This document shows, piece by piece, positions 24,801-39,800 of a DNA stretch of 64,000 nucleotides. The position numbers and the translations under genes were made by a program. The stretch lies in assembly GCA_051530055.1 (NCBI GenBank), contig CM121341.1, positions 11,572,784-11,636,783 of the forward strand. The letters are read 5' to 3'. The stretch is from Neoechinorhynchus agilis (taxonomy: Eukaryota; Animalia; Acanthocephala). The notes beneath the pieces are model-generated. The model made no database searches, was not told the origin of the DNA, and was given only the letters and a program-made list of their open reading frames with translations. Position 1 is the stretch's first letter. Every line of letters begins with the position of its first letter.

Positions 24801-27800
24801 TAGATTCGGGAAAAGCCTCAGTCATCCGTTGCGCCATCATGCATTTTCAGCAATCACGCGAATATACGGAAATTTCATCCTCGACTTGGACTATAGAAAC
24901 CATATCTAAGCTCATTAAACAAGAAAAAATATTTAAATCAAAAAAATAGTTAAATACAAATATCGTAGATTCGGGAAAAGCCTCAGTCATCCGTTGCGCC
25001 ATCATGCATTTTCAGCAATCACGCGAATATACGGAAATTTCATCCTCGACTTGGACTATAGAAACCATATCTAAGCTCATTAAAAAAGAAAAAATATTTA
25101 AATCAAAAAAATAGTTAAATACAAATATCGTAGATTCGGGAAAAGCCTCAGTCATCCGTTGCGCCATCATGCATTTTCAGCAATCACGCGAATATACGGA
25201 AATTTCATCCTCGACTTGGACTATAGAAACCATATCTAAGCTCATTAAAAAGAAAAAATATTTAAATAAAAAAATAGTTAAATACAAATATCGTAGATTC
25301 GGGAAAAGCCTCAGTCATCCGTTGCGCCATCATGCATTTTCAGCAATCACGCGAATATACGGAAATTTCATCCTCGACTTGACTATAGAAACCATATCTA
25401 AGCTCATTAAACAAGAAAAAATATTTAAATAAAAAAATAGTTAAATACAAATATCGTAGATTCGGGAAAAGCCTCAGTCATCCGTTGCGCCATCATGCAT
25501 TTTCAGCAATCACGCGAATATACGGAAATTTCATCCTCGACTTGGACTATAGAAACCATATCTAAGCTCAAAAAAAAAAAAATATTTAAATCAAAAAATA
25601 GTTAAATACAAATATCGTAGATTCGGGAAAAGCCTCAGTCATCCGTTGCGCCATCATGCATTTTCAGCAATCACGCGAATATACGGAAATTTCATCCTCG
25701 ACTTGGACTATAGAAACCATATCTAAGCTCATTAAAAAAGAAAAAATATTTAAATAAAAAAATAGTTAAATACAAATATCGTAGATTCGGGAAAAGCCTC
25801 AGTCATCCGTTGCGCCATCATGCATTTTCAGCAATCACGCGAATATACGGAAATTTCATCCTCGACTTTGACTATAGAAACCATATCTAAGCTCATAAAA
25901 CAAGAAAAAATATTTAAATCGAAAAAATAGTTAAATACAAATATCGTAGATTCGGGAAAAGCCTCAGTCATCCGTTGCGCCATCATGCATTTTCAGCAAT
26001 CACGCGAATATACGGAAATTTCATCCTCGACTTGGACTATAGAAACCATATCTAAGCTCATTAAAAAAGAAAAAATATTTAAATCAAAAAAATAGTTAAA
26101 TACAAATATCGTAGATTCGGGAAAAGCCTCAGTCATCCGTTGCGCCATCATGCATTTTCAGCAATCACGCGAATATACGGAAATTTCATCCTCGACTTGG
26201 ACTATAGAAACCATATCTAAGCTCATTAAAAAAGAAAAAATATTTAAATAAAAAAATAGTTAAATACAAATATCGTAGATTCGGGAAAAGCCTCAGTCAT
26301 CCGTTGCGCCATCATGCATTTTCAGCAATCACGCGAATATACGGAAATTTCATCCTCGACTTGGACTATAGAAACCATATCTAAGCTCATAAAACAAGAA
26401 AAAATATTTAAATCAAAAAAATAGTTAAATACAAATATCGTAGATTCGGGAAAAGCCTCAGTCATCCGTTGCGCCATCATGCATTTTCAGCAATCACGCG
26501 AATATACGGAAATTTCATCCTCGACTTGGACTATAGAAACCATATCTAAGCTCATTAAAAAAGAAAAAATATTTAAATCAAAAAAATAGTTAAATACAAA
26601 TATCGTAGATTCGGGAAAAGCCTCAGTCATCCGTTGCGCCATCATGCATTTTACAATCACGCGAATATACGGAAATTTCATCCTCGACTTACTATAGAAA
26701 CCATATCTAAGCTCATTAAAAAAGAAAAAATATTTAAATCAAAAAAATAGTTAAATACAAATATCGTAGATTCGGGAAAAGCCTCAGTCATCCGTTGCGC
26801 CATCATGCATTTTCAGCAATCACGCGAATATACGGAAATTTCATCCTCGACTTGGACTATAGAAACCATATCTAAGCTCATAAAACAAAAAAATATTTAA
26901 ATCAAAAAAATAGTTAAATACAAATATCGTAGATTCGGGAAAAGCCTCAGTCATCCGTTGCGCCATCATGCATTTTCAGCAATCACGCGAATATACGGAA
27001 ATTTCATCCTCGACCTTGACTATAGAAACCATATCTAAGCTCATAAAACAAGAAAAAATATTTAAATAAAAAAATAGTTAAATACAAATATCGTAGATTC
27101 GGGAAAAGCCTCAGTCATCCGTTGCGCCATCATGCATTTTCAGCAATCACGCGAATATACGGAAATTTCATCCTCGACTTGGACTATAGAAACCATATCT
27201 AAGCTCATTAAAAAAGAAAAAATATTTAAATAAAAAAATAGTTAAATACAAATATCGTAGATTCGGGAAAAGCCTCAGTCATCCGTTGCGCCATCATGCA
27301 TTTTCAGCAATCACGCGAATATACGGAAATTTCATCCTCGACCTTGACTATAGAAACCATATCTAAGCTCATAAAACAAGAAAAAATATTTAAATCAAAA
27401 AAATAGTTAAATACAAATATCGTAGATTCGGGAAAAGCCTCTGTCATCCGTTGCGCCATCATGCATTTTCAGCAATCACGCGAATATACGGAAATTTCAT
27501 CCTCGACCTTGACTATAGAAACCATATCTAAGCTCATAAAACAAGAAAAAATATTTAAATCAAAAAAATAGTTAAATACAAATATCGTAGATTCGGGAAA
27601 AGCCTCGTCATCCGTTTCGGGAAAAGCCTCAGTCATCCGTTGCGCCATCATGCATTTTCAGCAATCACGCGAATATACGGAAATTTCATCCTCGACTTGG
27701 ACTATAGAAACCATATCTAAGCTCATAAAACAAAAAAATATTTAAATCAAAAAAATAGTTAAATACAAATATCGTAGATTCGGGAAAAGCCTCAGTCATC

Positions 27801-30800
27801 CGTTGCGCCATCATGCATTTTCAGCAATCACGCGAATATACGGAAATTTCATCCTCGACTTGGACTATAGAAACCATATCTAAGCTCATTAAACAAGAAA
27901 AAATATTTAAATAAAAAAATGAATACAAATATCGTAGATTCGGGAAAAGCCTCAGTCATCCGTTGCGCCATCATGCATTTTCAGCAATCACGCGAATATA
28001 CGGAAATTTCATCCTCGACTTGGACTATAGAAACCATATCTAAGCTCATTAAACAAGAAAAAATATTTAAATAAAAATAGTTAAATACAAATATCGTAGA
28101 TTCGGGAAAAGCCTCAGTCATCCGTTGCGCCATCATGCATTTTCAGCAATCACGCGAATATACGGAAATTTCATCCTCGACTTGGACTATAGAAACGATA
28201 TCTAAGCTCATTAAAAAAGAAAAAATATTTAAATCAAAAAAATAGTTAAATACAAATATCGTAGATTCGGGAAAAGCCTCAGTCATCCGTTGCGCAATCA
28301 TGCATTTTCAGCAATCACGCGAATATACGGAAATTTCATCCTCGACTTGGACTATAGAAACGATATCTAAGCTCATTAAACAAGAAAAAATATTTAAATA
28401 AAAAAATAGTTAAATACAAATATCATAGATTCGGGAAAAGCCTCTGTCATCCGTTGCGCCATATGCTTTCAGCAATCCTTCGGGAAAAGCCTCAGTAATC
28501 CGTTGCGCCATCATGCATTTTCAGCAATCACGCGAATATACGGAAATTTCATCCTCGACTTGGACTATAGAAACGATATCTAAGCTCATTAAAAAAGAAA
28601 AAATATTTAAATCAAAAAAATAGTTAAATACAAATATCGTAGATTCGGAAAAGGCCTCAGTCATCCGTTGCGCCATCATGCATTTTCAGCAATCACGCGA
28701 ATATACGGAAATTTCATCCTCGACCTTGACTATAGAAACCATATCTAAGCTCATTAAACAAGAAAAAATATTTAAATCAAAAAAATAGTTAAATAAAAAT
28801 ATCGATGAATCGGGAAAAGCTTCTGTCATCCGTTGCGCCATTATGCAATTTCAGCAATCACGCGAATAAATGGAAATTTCATCCTCGACTTGGACAATAG
28901 AAACGATATCTAAGCTCATTAAACAAAAAATATTTAAATCAAAAAATAGTTAAATACAAATATCGTAGATTCGGGAAAAGCCTCAGTCATCCGTTGCGCC
29001 ATCATGCATTTTCAGCAATCACGCGAATATACGGAAATTTCATCCTCGACTTGGACTATAGAAACGATATCTAAGCTCATTAAACAAGAAAAAATATTTA
29101 AATAAAAAAAATAGTTAAATACAAATATCGTAGATTCGGGAAAAGCCTCTGTCATCCGTTGCGCCATCATGCATTTTCAGCAATCACGCGAATATACGGA
29201 AATTTCATCCTCGACCTTGACTATAGAAACCATATCTAAGCTCATTAAACAAGAAAAAATATTTAAATCAAAAAAATAGTTAAATACAAATATCGATGAA
29301 TCGGGAAAAGCTCTGTCATCCGTTGCCCATCATGCATTTTCAGCAATCACGCGAATAAATGGAAATTTCATCCTCGACTTGGACAATAGAAACGATATCT
29401 AAGCTCATTAAACAAAAAATATTTAAATAAAAAAAATGAATACAAATATCGTAGATTCGGGAAAAGCCTCAGTCATCCGTTGCGCCATCATGCATTTTCA
29501 GCAATCACGCGAATATACGGAAATTTCATCCTCGACTTGGACTATAGAAACCATATCTAAGCTCATTAAACAAGAAAAAATATTTAAATCAAAAAAATAG
29601 TTAAATACAAATATCGTAGATTCGGGAAAAGCCTCTGTCATCCGTTGCGCCATCATGCATTTTCAGCAATCACGCGAATATACGGAAATTTCATCCTCGA
29701 CTTGGACAATAGAAACGATATCTAAGCTCATTAAACAAAAAATATTTAAATCAAAAAAAATTAAATACAAATATCGTAGATTCGGGAAAAGCCTCAGTCA
29801 TCCGTTGCGCCATCATGCATTTTCAGCAATCACGCGAATATACGGAAATTTCATCCTCGACTTGGACTATAGAAACGATATCTAAGCTCATTAAACAAAA
29901 AATATTTAAATCCAAAAAAAATTAAATACAAATATCGTAGATTCGGGAAAAGCCTCAGTCATCCGTTGCGCCATCATGCATTTTCAGCAATCACGCGAAT
30001 ATACGGAAATTTCATCCTCGACTTGGACTATAGAAACCATATCTAAGCTCATTAAACAAGAAAAAATATTTAAATCAAAAAAATAGTTAAATAAAAATAT
30101 CGATGAATCGGGAAAAGCCTCAGTCATCCGTTGCGCCATCATGCATTTTCAGCAATCACGCGAATATACGGAAATTTCATCCTCGACTTGGACTATAGAA
30201 ACCATATCTAAGCTCATTAAACAAAAAAATATTTAAATCAAAAAAATAGTTAAATACAAATATCGTAGATTCGGGAAAAGCCTCTGTCATCCGTTGCGCC
30301 ATCATGCATTTTCAGCAATCACGCGAATATACGGAAATTTCATCCTCGACCTTGACTATAGAAACCATATCTAAGCTCATAAAACAAGAAAAAATATTTA
30401 AATAAAAAAAATAGTTAAATACAAATATCGTAGATTCGGGAAAAGCCTCAGTCATCCGTTGCGCCATCATGCATTTTCAGCAATCACGCGAATATACGGA
30501 AATTTCATCCTCGACTTGGACTATAGAAACCATATCTAAGCTCATTAAAAAAGAAAAAATATTTAAATCAAAAAAATAGTTAAATACAAATATCGTAGAT
30601 TCGGGAAAAGCCTCAGTCATCCGTTGCGCCATCATGCATTTTCAGCAATCACGCGAATATACGGAAATTTCATCCTCGACTTGGACTATAGAAACCATAT
30701 CTAAGCTCATTAAACAAGAAAAAATATTTAAATCAAAAAATAGTTAAATACAAATATCGTAGATTCGGGAAAAGCCTCAGTCATCCGTTGCGCCATCATG

Positions 30801-33800
30801 CATTTTCAGCAATCACGCGAATATACGGAAATTTCATCCTCGACTTGACTATAGAAACCATATCTAAGCTCATAAAAAAGAAAAAATATTTAAATCAAAA
30901 ATAGTTAAATACAATATCGTAGATTCGGGAAAAGCCTCAGTCATCCGTTGCGCCACACATTTTCAGCAATCACGCGAATAGGAAATTTCATCCTCGACTT
31001 GGACTATAGAAACCATATCTAAGCTCATTAAAAAAGAAAAAATATTTAAATCAAAAAATAGTTAAATACAAATATCGTAGATTCGGGAAAAGCTCAGTCA
31101 TCCGTTGCGCCATCATGCATTTTCAGCAATCACGCGAATATACGGAAATTTCATCCTCGACTTGGACTATAGAAACCATATCTAAGCTCATTAAAAAAGA
31201 AAAAATATTTAAATCAAAAAAATAGTTAAATACAAATATCGTAGATTCGGGAAAAGCCTCAGTCATCCGTTGCGCCATCATGCATTTTCAGCAATCACGC
31301 GAATATACGGAAATTTCATCCTCGACTTGGACTATAGAAACCATATCTAAGCTCATTAAAAAAGAAAAAATATTTAAATCAAAAAAATAGTTAAATACAA
31401 ATATCGTAGATTCGGGAAAAGCCTCAGTCATCCGTTGCGCCATCATGCATTTTCAGCAATCACGCGAATATACGGAAATTTCATCCTCGACCTTGACTAT
31501 AGAAACCATATCTAAGCTCATAAAACAAGAAAAAATATTTAAATCAAAAAAATAGTTAAATACAAATATCGTAGATTCGGGAAAAGCCTCAGTCATCCGT
31601 TGCGCCATCATGCATTTTCAGCAATCACGCGAATATACGGAAATTTCATCCTCGACTGACTATAGAAACATATCTAAGCTCATAAAAAAAAAATATTAAA
31701 TAAAAAATAGTTAAAAAATATCGTAGATTCGGGAAAAGCCTCAGTCATCCGTTGCGCCATCATGCATTTTCAGCAATCACGCGAATATACGGAAATTTCA
31801 TCCTCGACTTGGACTATAGAAACCATATCTAAGCTCATTAAAAAAGAAAAAATATTTAAATAAAAAAATAGTTAAATACAAATATCGTAGATTCGGGAAA
31901 AGCCTCAGTCATCCGTTGCGCCATCATGCATTTTCAGCAATCACGCGAATATACGGAAATTTCATCCTCGACTTGGACTATAGAAACCATATCTAAGCTC
32001 ATAAAACAAGAAAAAATATTTAAATCAAAAAAATAGTTAAATACAAATATCGTAGATTCGGGAAAAGCCTCAGTCATCCGTTGCGCCATCATGCATTTTC
32101 AGCAATCACGCGAATATACGGAAATTTCATCCTCGACTTGGACTATAGAAACCATATCTAAGCTCATTAAAAAAGAAAAAATATTTAAATAAAAAAATAG
32201 TTAAATACAAATATCGAAGAATCGGGAAAAGCTCTGTCATCCGTTGCGCCATCATGCATTTTCAGCAATCACGCGAATAAACGGAAATTTCATCCTCGAC
32301 TTGGACTATAGAAACCATATCTAAGCTCATTAAACAAAAAATATTTAAATCAAAAAAATAGTTAAATACAAATATCGTAGATTCGGGAAAAGCCTCAGTC
32401 ATCCGTTGCGCCATCATGCATTTTCAGCAATCACGCGAATATACGGAAATTTCATCCTCGACTTGGACTATAGAAACCATATCTAAGCTCATTAAAAAAG
32501 AAAAAATATTTAAATCAAAAAAATAGTTAAATACAAATATCGTAGATTCGGGAAAAGCCTCAGTCATCCGTTGCGCCATCATGCATTTTCAGCAATCACG
32601 CGAATATACGGAAATTTCATCCTCGACTTGGACTATAGAAACCATATCTAAGCTCATAAAACAAAAAAATATTTAAATCCAAAAAATAGTTAAATACAAA
32701 TATCGTAGATTCGGGAAAAGCCTCAGTCATCCGTTGCGCCATCATGCATTTTCAGCAATCACGCGAATATACGGAAATTTCATCCTCGACTTGGACTATA
32801 GAAACCATATCTAAGCTCATTAAAAAAGAAAAAATATTTAAATAAAAAAAATAGTTAAATACAAATATCGTAGATTCGGGAAAAGCCTCTGTCATCCGTT
32901 GCGCCATCATGCATTTTCAGCAATCACGCGAATATACGGAAATTTCATCCTCGACTTGGACTATAGAAACCATATCTAAGCTCATTAAAAAAGAAAAAAT
33001 ATTTAAATCAAAAAAATAGTTAAATACAAATATCGTAGATTCGGGAAAAGCCTCAGTCATCCGTTGCGCCATCATGCATTTTCAGCAATCACGCGAATAT
33101 ACGGAAATTTCATCCTCGACCTTGACTATAGAAACCATATCTAAGCTCATAAAACAAGAAAAAATATTTAAATAAAAAAATAGTTAAATACAAATATCGT
33201 AGATTCGGGAAAAGCCTCAGTCATCCGTTGCGCCATCATGCATTTTCAGCAATCACGCGAATATACGGAAATTTCATCCTCGACTTGGACTATAGAAACC
33301 ATATCTAAGCTCATTAAAAAAAAAAATATTTAAATCAAAAAAATAGTTAAATACAAATATCGTAGATTCGGGAAAAGCCTCTGTCATCCGTTGCGCCATC
33401 ATGCATTTTCAGCAATCACGCGAATATACGGAAATTTCATCCTCGACTTGGACTATAGAAACCATATCTAAGCTCATTAAAAAAGAAAAAATATTTAAAT
33501 AAAAAAATAGTTAAATACAAATATCGTAGATTCGGGAAAAGCCTCAGTCATCCGTTGCGCCATCATGCATTTTCAGCAATCACGCGAATATACGGAAATT
33601 TCATCCTCGACTTGGACTATAGAAACCATATCTAAGCTCATAAAACAAAAAAATATTTAAATCAAAAAAATAGTTAAATACAAATATCGTAGATTCGGGA
33701 AAAGCCTCAGTCATCCGTTGCGCCATCATGCATTTTCAGCAATCACGCGAATATACGGAAATTTCATCCTCGACCTTGACTATAGAAACCATATCTAAGC

Positions 33801-36800
33801 TCATAAAACAAGAAAAAATATTTAAATAAAAAAATAGTTAAATACAAATATCGTAGATTCGGGAAAAGCCTCAGTCATCCGTTGCGCCATCATGCATTTT
33901 CAGCAATCACGCGAATATACGGAAATTTCATCCTCGACTTGGACTATAGAAACCATATCTAAGCTCATTAAAAAAGAAAAAATATTTAAATAAAAAAATA
34001 GTTAAATACAAATATCGTAGATTCGGGAAAAGCCTCAGTAATCCGTTGCGCCATCATGCATTTTCAGCAATCACGCGAATATACGGAAATTTCATCCTCG
34101 ACCTTGACTATAGAAACCATATCTAAGCTCATAAAACAAGAAAAAATATTTAAATCAAAAAATAGTTAAATACAAATATCGTAGATTCGGGAAAAGCCTC
34201 AGTCATCCGTTGCGCCATCATGCATTTTCAGCAATCACGCGAATATACGGAAATTTCATCCTCGACTTGGACTATAGAAACCATATCTAAGCTCATTAAA
34301 AAAGAAAAAATATTTAAATAAAAAAAAGTTAAATACAAATATCGTAGATTCGGGAAAAGCCTCAGTCATCCGTTGCGCCATCATGCATTTTCAGCAATCA
34401 CGCGAATATACGGAAATTTCATCCTCGACTTGGACTATAGAAACCATATCTAAGCTCATAAAACAAAAAAAATATTTAAATCAAAAAAATAGTTAAATAC
34501 AAATATCGTAGATTCGGGAAAAGCCTCTGTCATCCGTTGCGCCATCATGCATTTTCAGCAATCACGCGAATATACGGAAATTTCATCCTCGACCTTGACT
34601 ATAGAAACCATATCTAAGCTCATTAAACAAGAAAAAATATTTAAATAAAAAAAATAGTTAAATACAAATATCGTAGATTCGGGAAAAGCCTCAGTCATCC
34701 GTTGCGCCATCATGCATTTTCAGCAATCACGCGAATATACGGAAATTTCATCCTCGACTTGGACTATAGAAACCATATCTAAGCTCATAAAACAAAAAAA
34801 TATTTAAATCAAAAAAAAGTTAAATACAAATATCGTAGATTCGGGAAAAGCCTCAGTCATCCGTTGCGCCATCATGCATTTTCAGCAATCACGCGAATAT
34901 ACGGAAATTTCATCCTCGACTTGGACTATAGAAACCATATCTAAGCTCATTAAAAAAAGAAAAAATATTTAAATAAAAAAAATAGTTAAATACAAATATC
35001 GTAGATTCGGGAAAAGCCTCAGTCATCCGTTGCGCCATCATGCATTTTCAGCAATCACGCGAATATACGGAAATTTCATCCTCGACCTTGACTATAGAAA
35101 CCATATCTAAGCTCATAAAAAAAAAATATTTAAATCAAAAAAATAGTTAAATACAAATATCGTAGATTCGGGAAAAGCCTCAGTCATCCGTTGCGCCATC
35201 ATGCATTTTCAGCAATCACGCGAATATACGGAAATTTCATCCTCGACTTGGACTATAGAAACCATATCTAAGCTCATAAAACAAAAAAATATTTAAATCA
35301 AAAAAATAGTTAAATACAAATATCGTAGATTCGGGAAAAGCCTCAGTCATCCGTTGCGCCATCATGCATTTTCAGCAATCACGCGAATATACGGAAATTT
35401 CATCCTCGACTTGGACTATAGAAACCATATCTAAGCTCATAAAACAAAAAATATTTAAATCCAAAAAAAATTAAATAAAAATATCGATGAATCGGGAAAA
35501 GCCTCTGTCATCCGTTGCGCCATTATGCATTTTCAGCAATCACGCGAATAAATGGAAATTCCATCCTCGACTTTTACAATAGAAACGATATCTAAGCTCA
35601 TTAAACCAAAAATATTTAAATCCAAAAAAATTGAATGCAAATATCTCAGATTCGGGAAAAGCCTCTGTCATCCGTTGCGCCATCATGAATTTTCAGCAAT
35701 CACGCGAATATACCGAAATTTCATCCTCGACTTGGACTATAGAAACCATATCTAAGCTCATTAAACAAAAAAATATTTAAATCCAAAAAATAGTTAAATA
35801 CAAATATCGTAGATTCGGGAAAAGCCTCTGTCATCCGTTGCGCCATCATGATTTTTCAGCAATCACGCGAACAAACGGAAATTTCATCCTCGACTTGGAC
35901 TATAGAAACCATATCTAAGCTCATTAAACAAAAAATATTTAAATCCAAAAAAAAATTAAATAAAAATATCGATGAATCGGGATAAGCCTCTGTCATCCGT
36001 TGCGCCATTATGCATTTTCAGCAATACGCGAATATATGGAAATTTCATCCTCGACTTGGTCTATAGAAACAATTTCTAAGCTCATAAAAAAAATATTTAA
36101 ATCCAAAAAATAGTTAAATACAAATATCGTAGATTCGGGAAAAGCATCTGTCATCCGTTGCGCCATCATGCATTTTCAGCAATCACGCGAATAAACGGAA
36201 ATTTCATCCTCGACTTGGACTATAGAAACCATATCTAAGCTCATAAAAAAAGAAAAAATATTTAAATCAAAAAAATAGTTAAATACAAATATCGTAGATT
36301 CGGGAAAAGCCTCAGTCATCCGTTGCGCCATCATGCGTTTTCAGCAATTACGCGAATATACGGAAATTTCATCCTCGACTTGGACTATAGAAACGATATC
36401 TAAGCTCATTAAACAAGAAAAAATATTTAAATACAAAAAAATAGTTAAATACAAATATCGTAGATTTGGGAAAAGCCTCAGTCATCCGTTGCGCCATCAT
36501 GCATTTTCAGCAATCACGCGAATATACGGAAATTTCATCCTCGACTTGGACTATAGAAACCACATCTAAGCTCATTAAAAAAGAAAAAATATTTAAATCA
36601 AAAAATAGTTAAATACAAATATCGCAGATTCGGGAAAAGCCTCAGTCATCCGTTGCGCCATCATGCATTTTCAGCAATCACGCGAATATACGGAAATTTC
36701 ATCCTCGACTTGGACTATAGAAACCACATCTAAGCTCATTAAAAAAGAAAAAATATTTAAATAAAAAAATAGTTAAATACAAATATCGTAGATTCGGGAA

Positions 36801-39800
36801 AAGCCTCAGTAATCCGTTGCGCCATCATGCATTTTCAGCAATCACGCGAATATACGGAAATTTCATCCTCGACTTGGACTATAGAAACCATATCTTAGCT
36901 CATAAAACAAAAAACTATTAAAGTCCAAAAAATAGTTAAATACAAATATCGTAGATTCGGGAAAAGCCTCAGTCATCCGTTGCGCCATCATGCATTTTCA
37001 GCAATCACGCGAATATACGGAAATTTCATCGTCGACTTGGACTATAGAAACCATATCTAAGCTCATTAAAAAAAGAAAAAATATTTAAATCAAAAAATAG
37101 TTAAATACAAATATCGTAGATTCGGGAAAAGCCTCAGTCATCCGTTGCGCCATCATGCATTTTCAGCAATCACGCGAATATACGGAAATTTCATCCTCGA
37201 CCTTGACTATAGAAACCATATCTAAGCTCATAAAACAAGAAAAAATATTTAAATAACAAAAATAGTTAAATACAAATATCGTAGATTCGGGAAAAGCACC
37301 TGTCATCCGTTGCCCCATCGTGCATTTTCAGCAATATCGCGAATATACGGAAATTTCATCCTCGACCTTGACTATAGAAACCATATCTTAGCTCATAAAA
37401 CAAAAAAATATTTAAGTCCAAAAAATAGTTAAATACAAATATCGTAGATTCGGGAAAAGCCTCAGTCATCCGTTGCGCCATCATGCATTTTCAGCAATCA
37501 CGCGAATATACGGAAATTTCATCCTCGACTTGGACTATAGAAACCATATCTAAGCTCATTAAAAAAGAAAAAATATTTAAATAAAAAAATAGTTAAATAC
37601 AAATATCGTAGATTCGGGAAAAGCCTCAGTAATCCGTTGCGCCATCATGCATTTTCAGCAATCACGCGAATATACGGAAATTTCATCCTCGACCTTGACT
37701 ATAGAAACCATATCTAAGCTCATAAAACAAAAAAATATTTAAATCAAAAAATAGTTAAATAAAAATATCGTAGATTCGGGAAAAGCCTCAGTAATCCGTT
37801 GCGCCATCATGCATTTTCAGCAATCACGCGAATATACGGAAATTTCATCCTCGACTTGGACTATAGAAACCATATCTAAGCTCATTAAAAAAGAAAAAAT
37901 ATTTAAATCAAAAAAATAGTTATATAAAAATATCGATGAATCGGGAAAAGCTTCTGTCATCCGTTGCGCCATTATGCATTTTCAGCAATCACGCGAATAA
38001 ATGGAAATTTCATCCTCGACTTGGGCTATAGAAACCATATCTAAGCTCATTAAAAAAGAAAAAATATTTAAATAAAAAAATAGTTAAATACAAATATCGT
38101 AGATTCGGGAAAAGCCTCAGTCATCCGTTGCGCCATCATGCATTTTCAGCAATCACGCGAATATACGGAAATTTCATCCTCGACTTGGACTATAGAAACC
38201 ATATCTAAGCTCATAAAACAAAAAATATTTAACCCAAAAAAATAGTTAAATACAAATATCGTAGATTCGGGAAAAGCCTCAGTCATCCGTTGCGCCATCA
38301 TGCATTTTCAGCAATCACGCGAATATACGGAAATTTCATCCTCGACTTGGACTATAGAAACCATATCTAAGCTCATTAAAAAAGAAAAAATATTTAAATA
38401 AAAAAATAGTTAAATACAAATATCGTAGATTCGGGAAAAGCCTCAGTAATCCGTTGCGCCATCATGCATTTTCAGCAATCACGCGAATATACGGAAATTT
38501 CATCCTCGACCTTGACTATAGAAACCATATCTAAGCTCATAAAACAAGAAAAAATATTTAAATCAAAAAAATAGTTAAATACAAATATCGTAGATTCGGG
38601 AAAAGCACCTGTCATCCGTTGCCCCATCGTGCATTTTCAGCAATCACGCGAATATACGGAAATTTCATCCTCGACCTTGACTATAGAAACCATATCTAAG
38701 CTCATAAAACAAAAAAATATTTAAATCCAAAAATAGTTAAATACAAATATCGTAGATTCGGGAAAAGCCTCAGTCATCCGTTGCGCCATCATGCATTTTC
38801 AGCAATCACGCGAATATACGGAAATTTCATCCTCGACTTGGACTATAGAAACCATATCTAAGCTCATTAAAAAAGAAAAAATATTTAAATCAAAAAAATA
38901 GTTAAATACAAATATCGATGAATCGGGAAAAGCCTCAGTCATCCGTTGCGCCATTATGCATTTTCAGCAATCACGCGAATAAATGGAAATTTCATCCTCG
39001 ACTTGGACTATAGAAACCATATCTAAGCTCATTAAACAAAAAATATTTAAATCACAAAAAAAGTTAAATACAAATATCGTAGATTCGGGAAAAGCCTCAG
39101 TCATCCGTTGCGCCATCATGCATTTTCAGCAATCACGCGAATATACGGAAATTTCATCCTCGACTTGGACTATAGAAACCATATCTTAGCTCATAAAACA
39201 AAAAATATTTAAGCCCAAAAAATAGTTAAATACAAATATCGTAGATTCGGGAAAAGCCTCAGTCATCCGTTGCGCCATCATGCATTTTCAGCAATCACGC
39301 GAATATACGGAAATTTCATCCTCGACTTGGACTATAGAAACCATATCTAAGCTCATTAAAAAAGAAAAAATATTTAAATAAAAAAATAGTTAAATACAAA
39401 TATCGTAGATTCGGGAAAAGCCTCAGTCATCCGTTGCGCCATCATGCATTTTCAGCAATCACGCGAATATACGGAAATTTCATCCTCGACCTTGACTATA
39501 GAAACCATATCTAAGCTCATTAAAAAAGAAAAAATATTTAAATAAAAAAAATAGTTAAATACAAATATCGTAGATTCGGGAAAAGCCTCAGTCATCCGTT
39601 GCGCCATCATGCATTTTCAGCAATCACGCGAATATACGGAAATTTCATCCTCGACCTTGACTATAGAAACCATATCTAAGCTCATTAAAACAAAAAATAT
39701 TTAAATCAAAAAATAGTTAAATACAAATATCGTAGATTCGGGAAAAGCCTCAGTCATCCGTTGCGCCATCATGCATTTTCAGCAATCACGCGAATATACG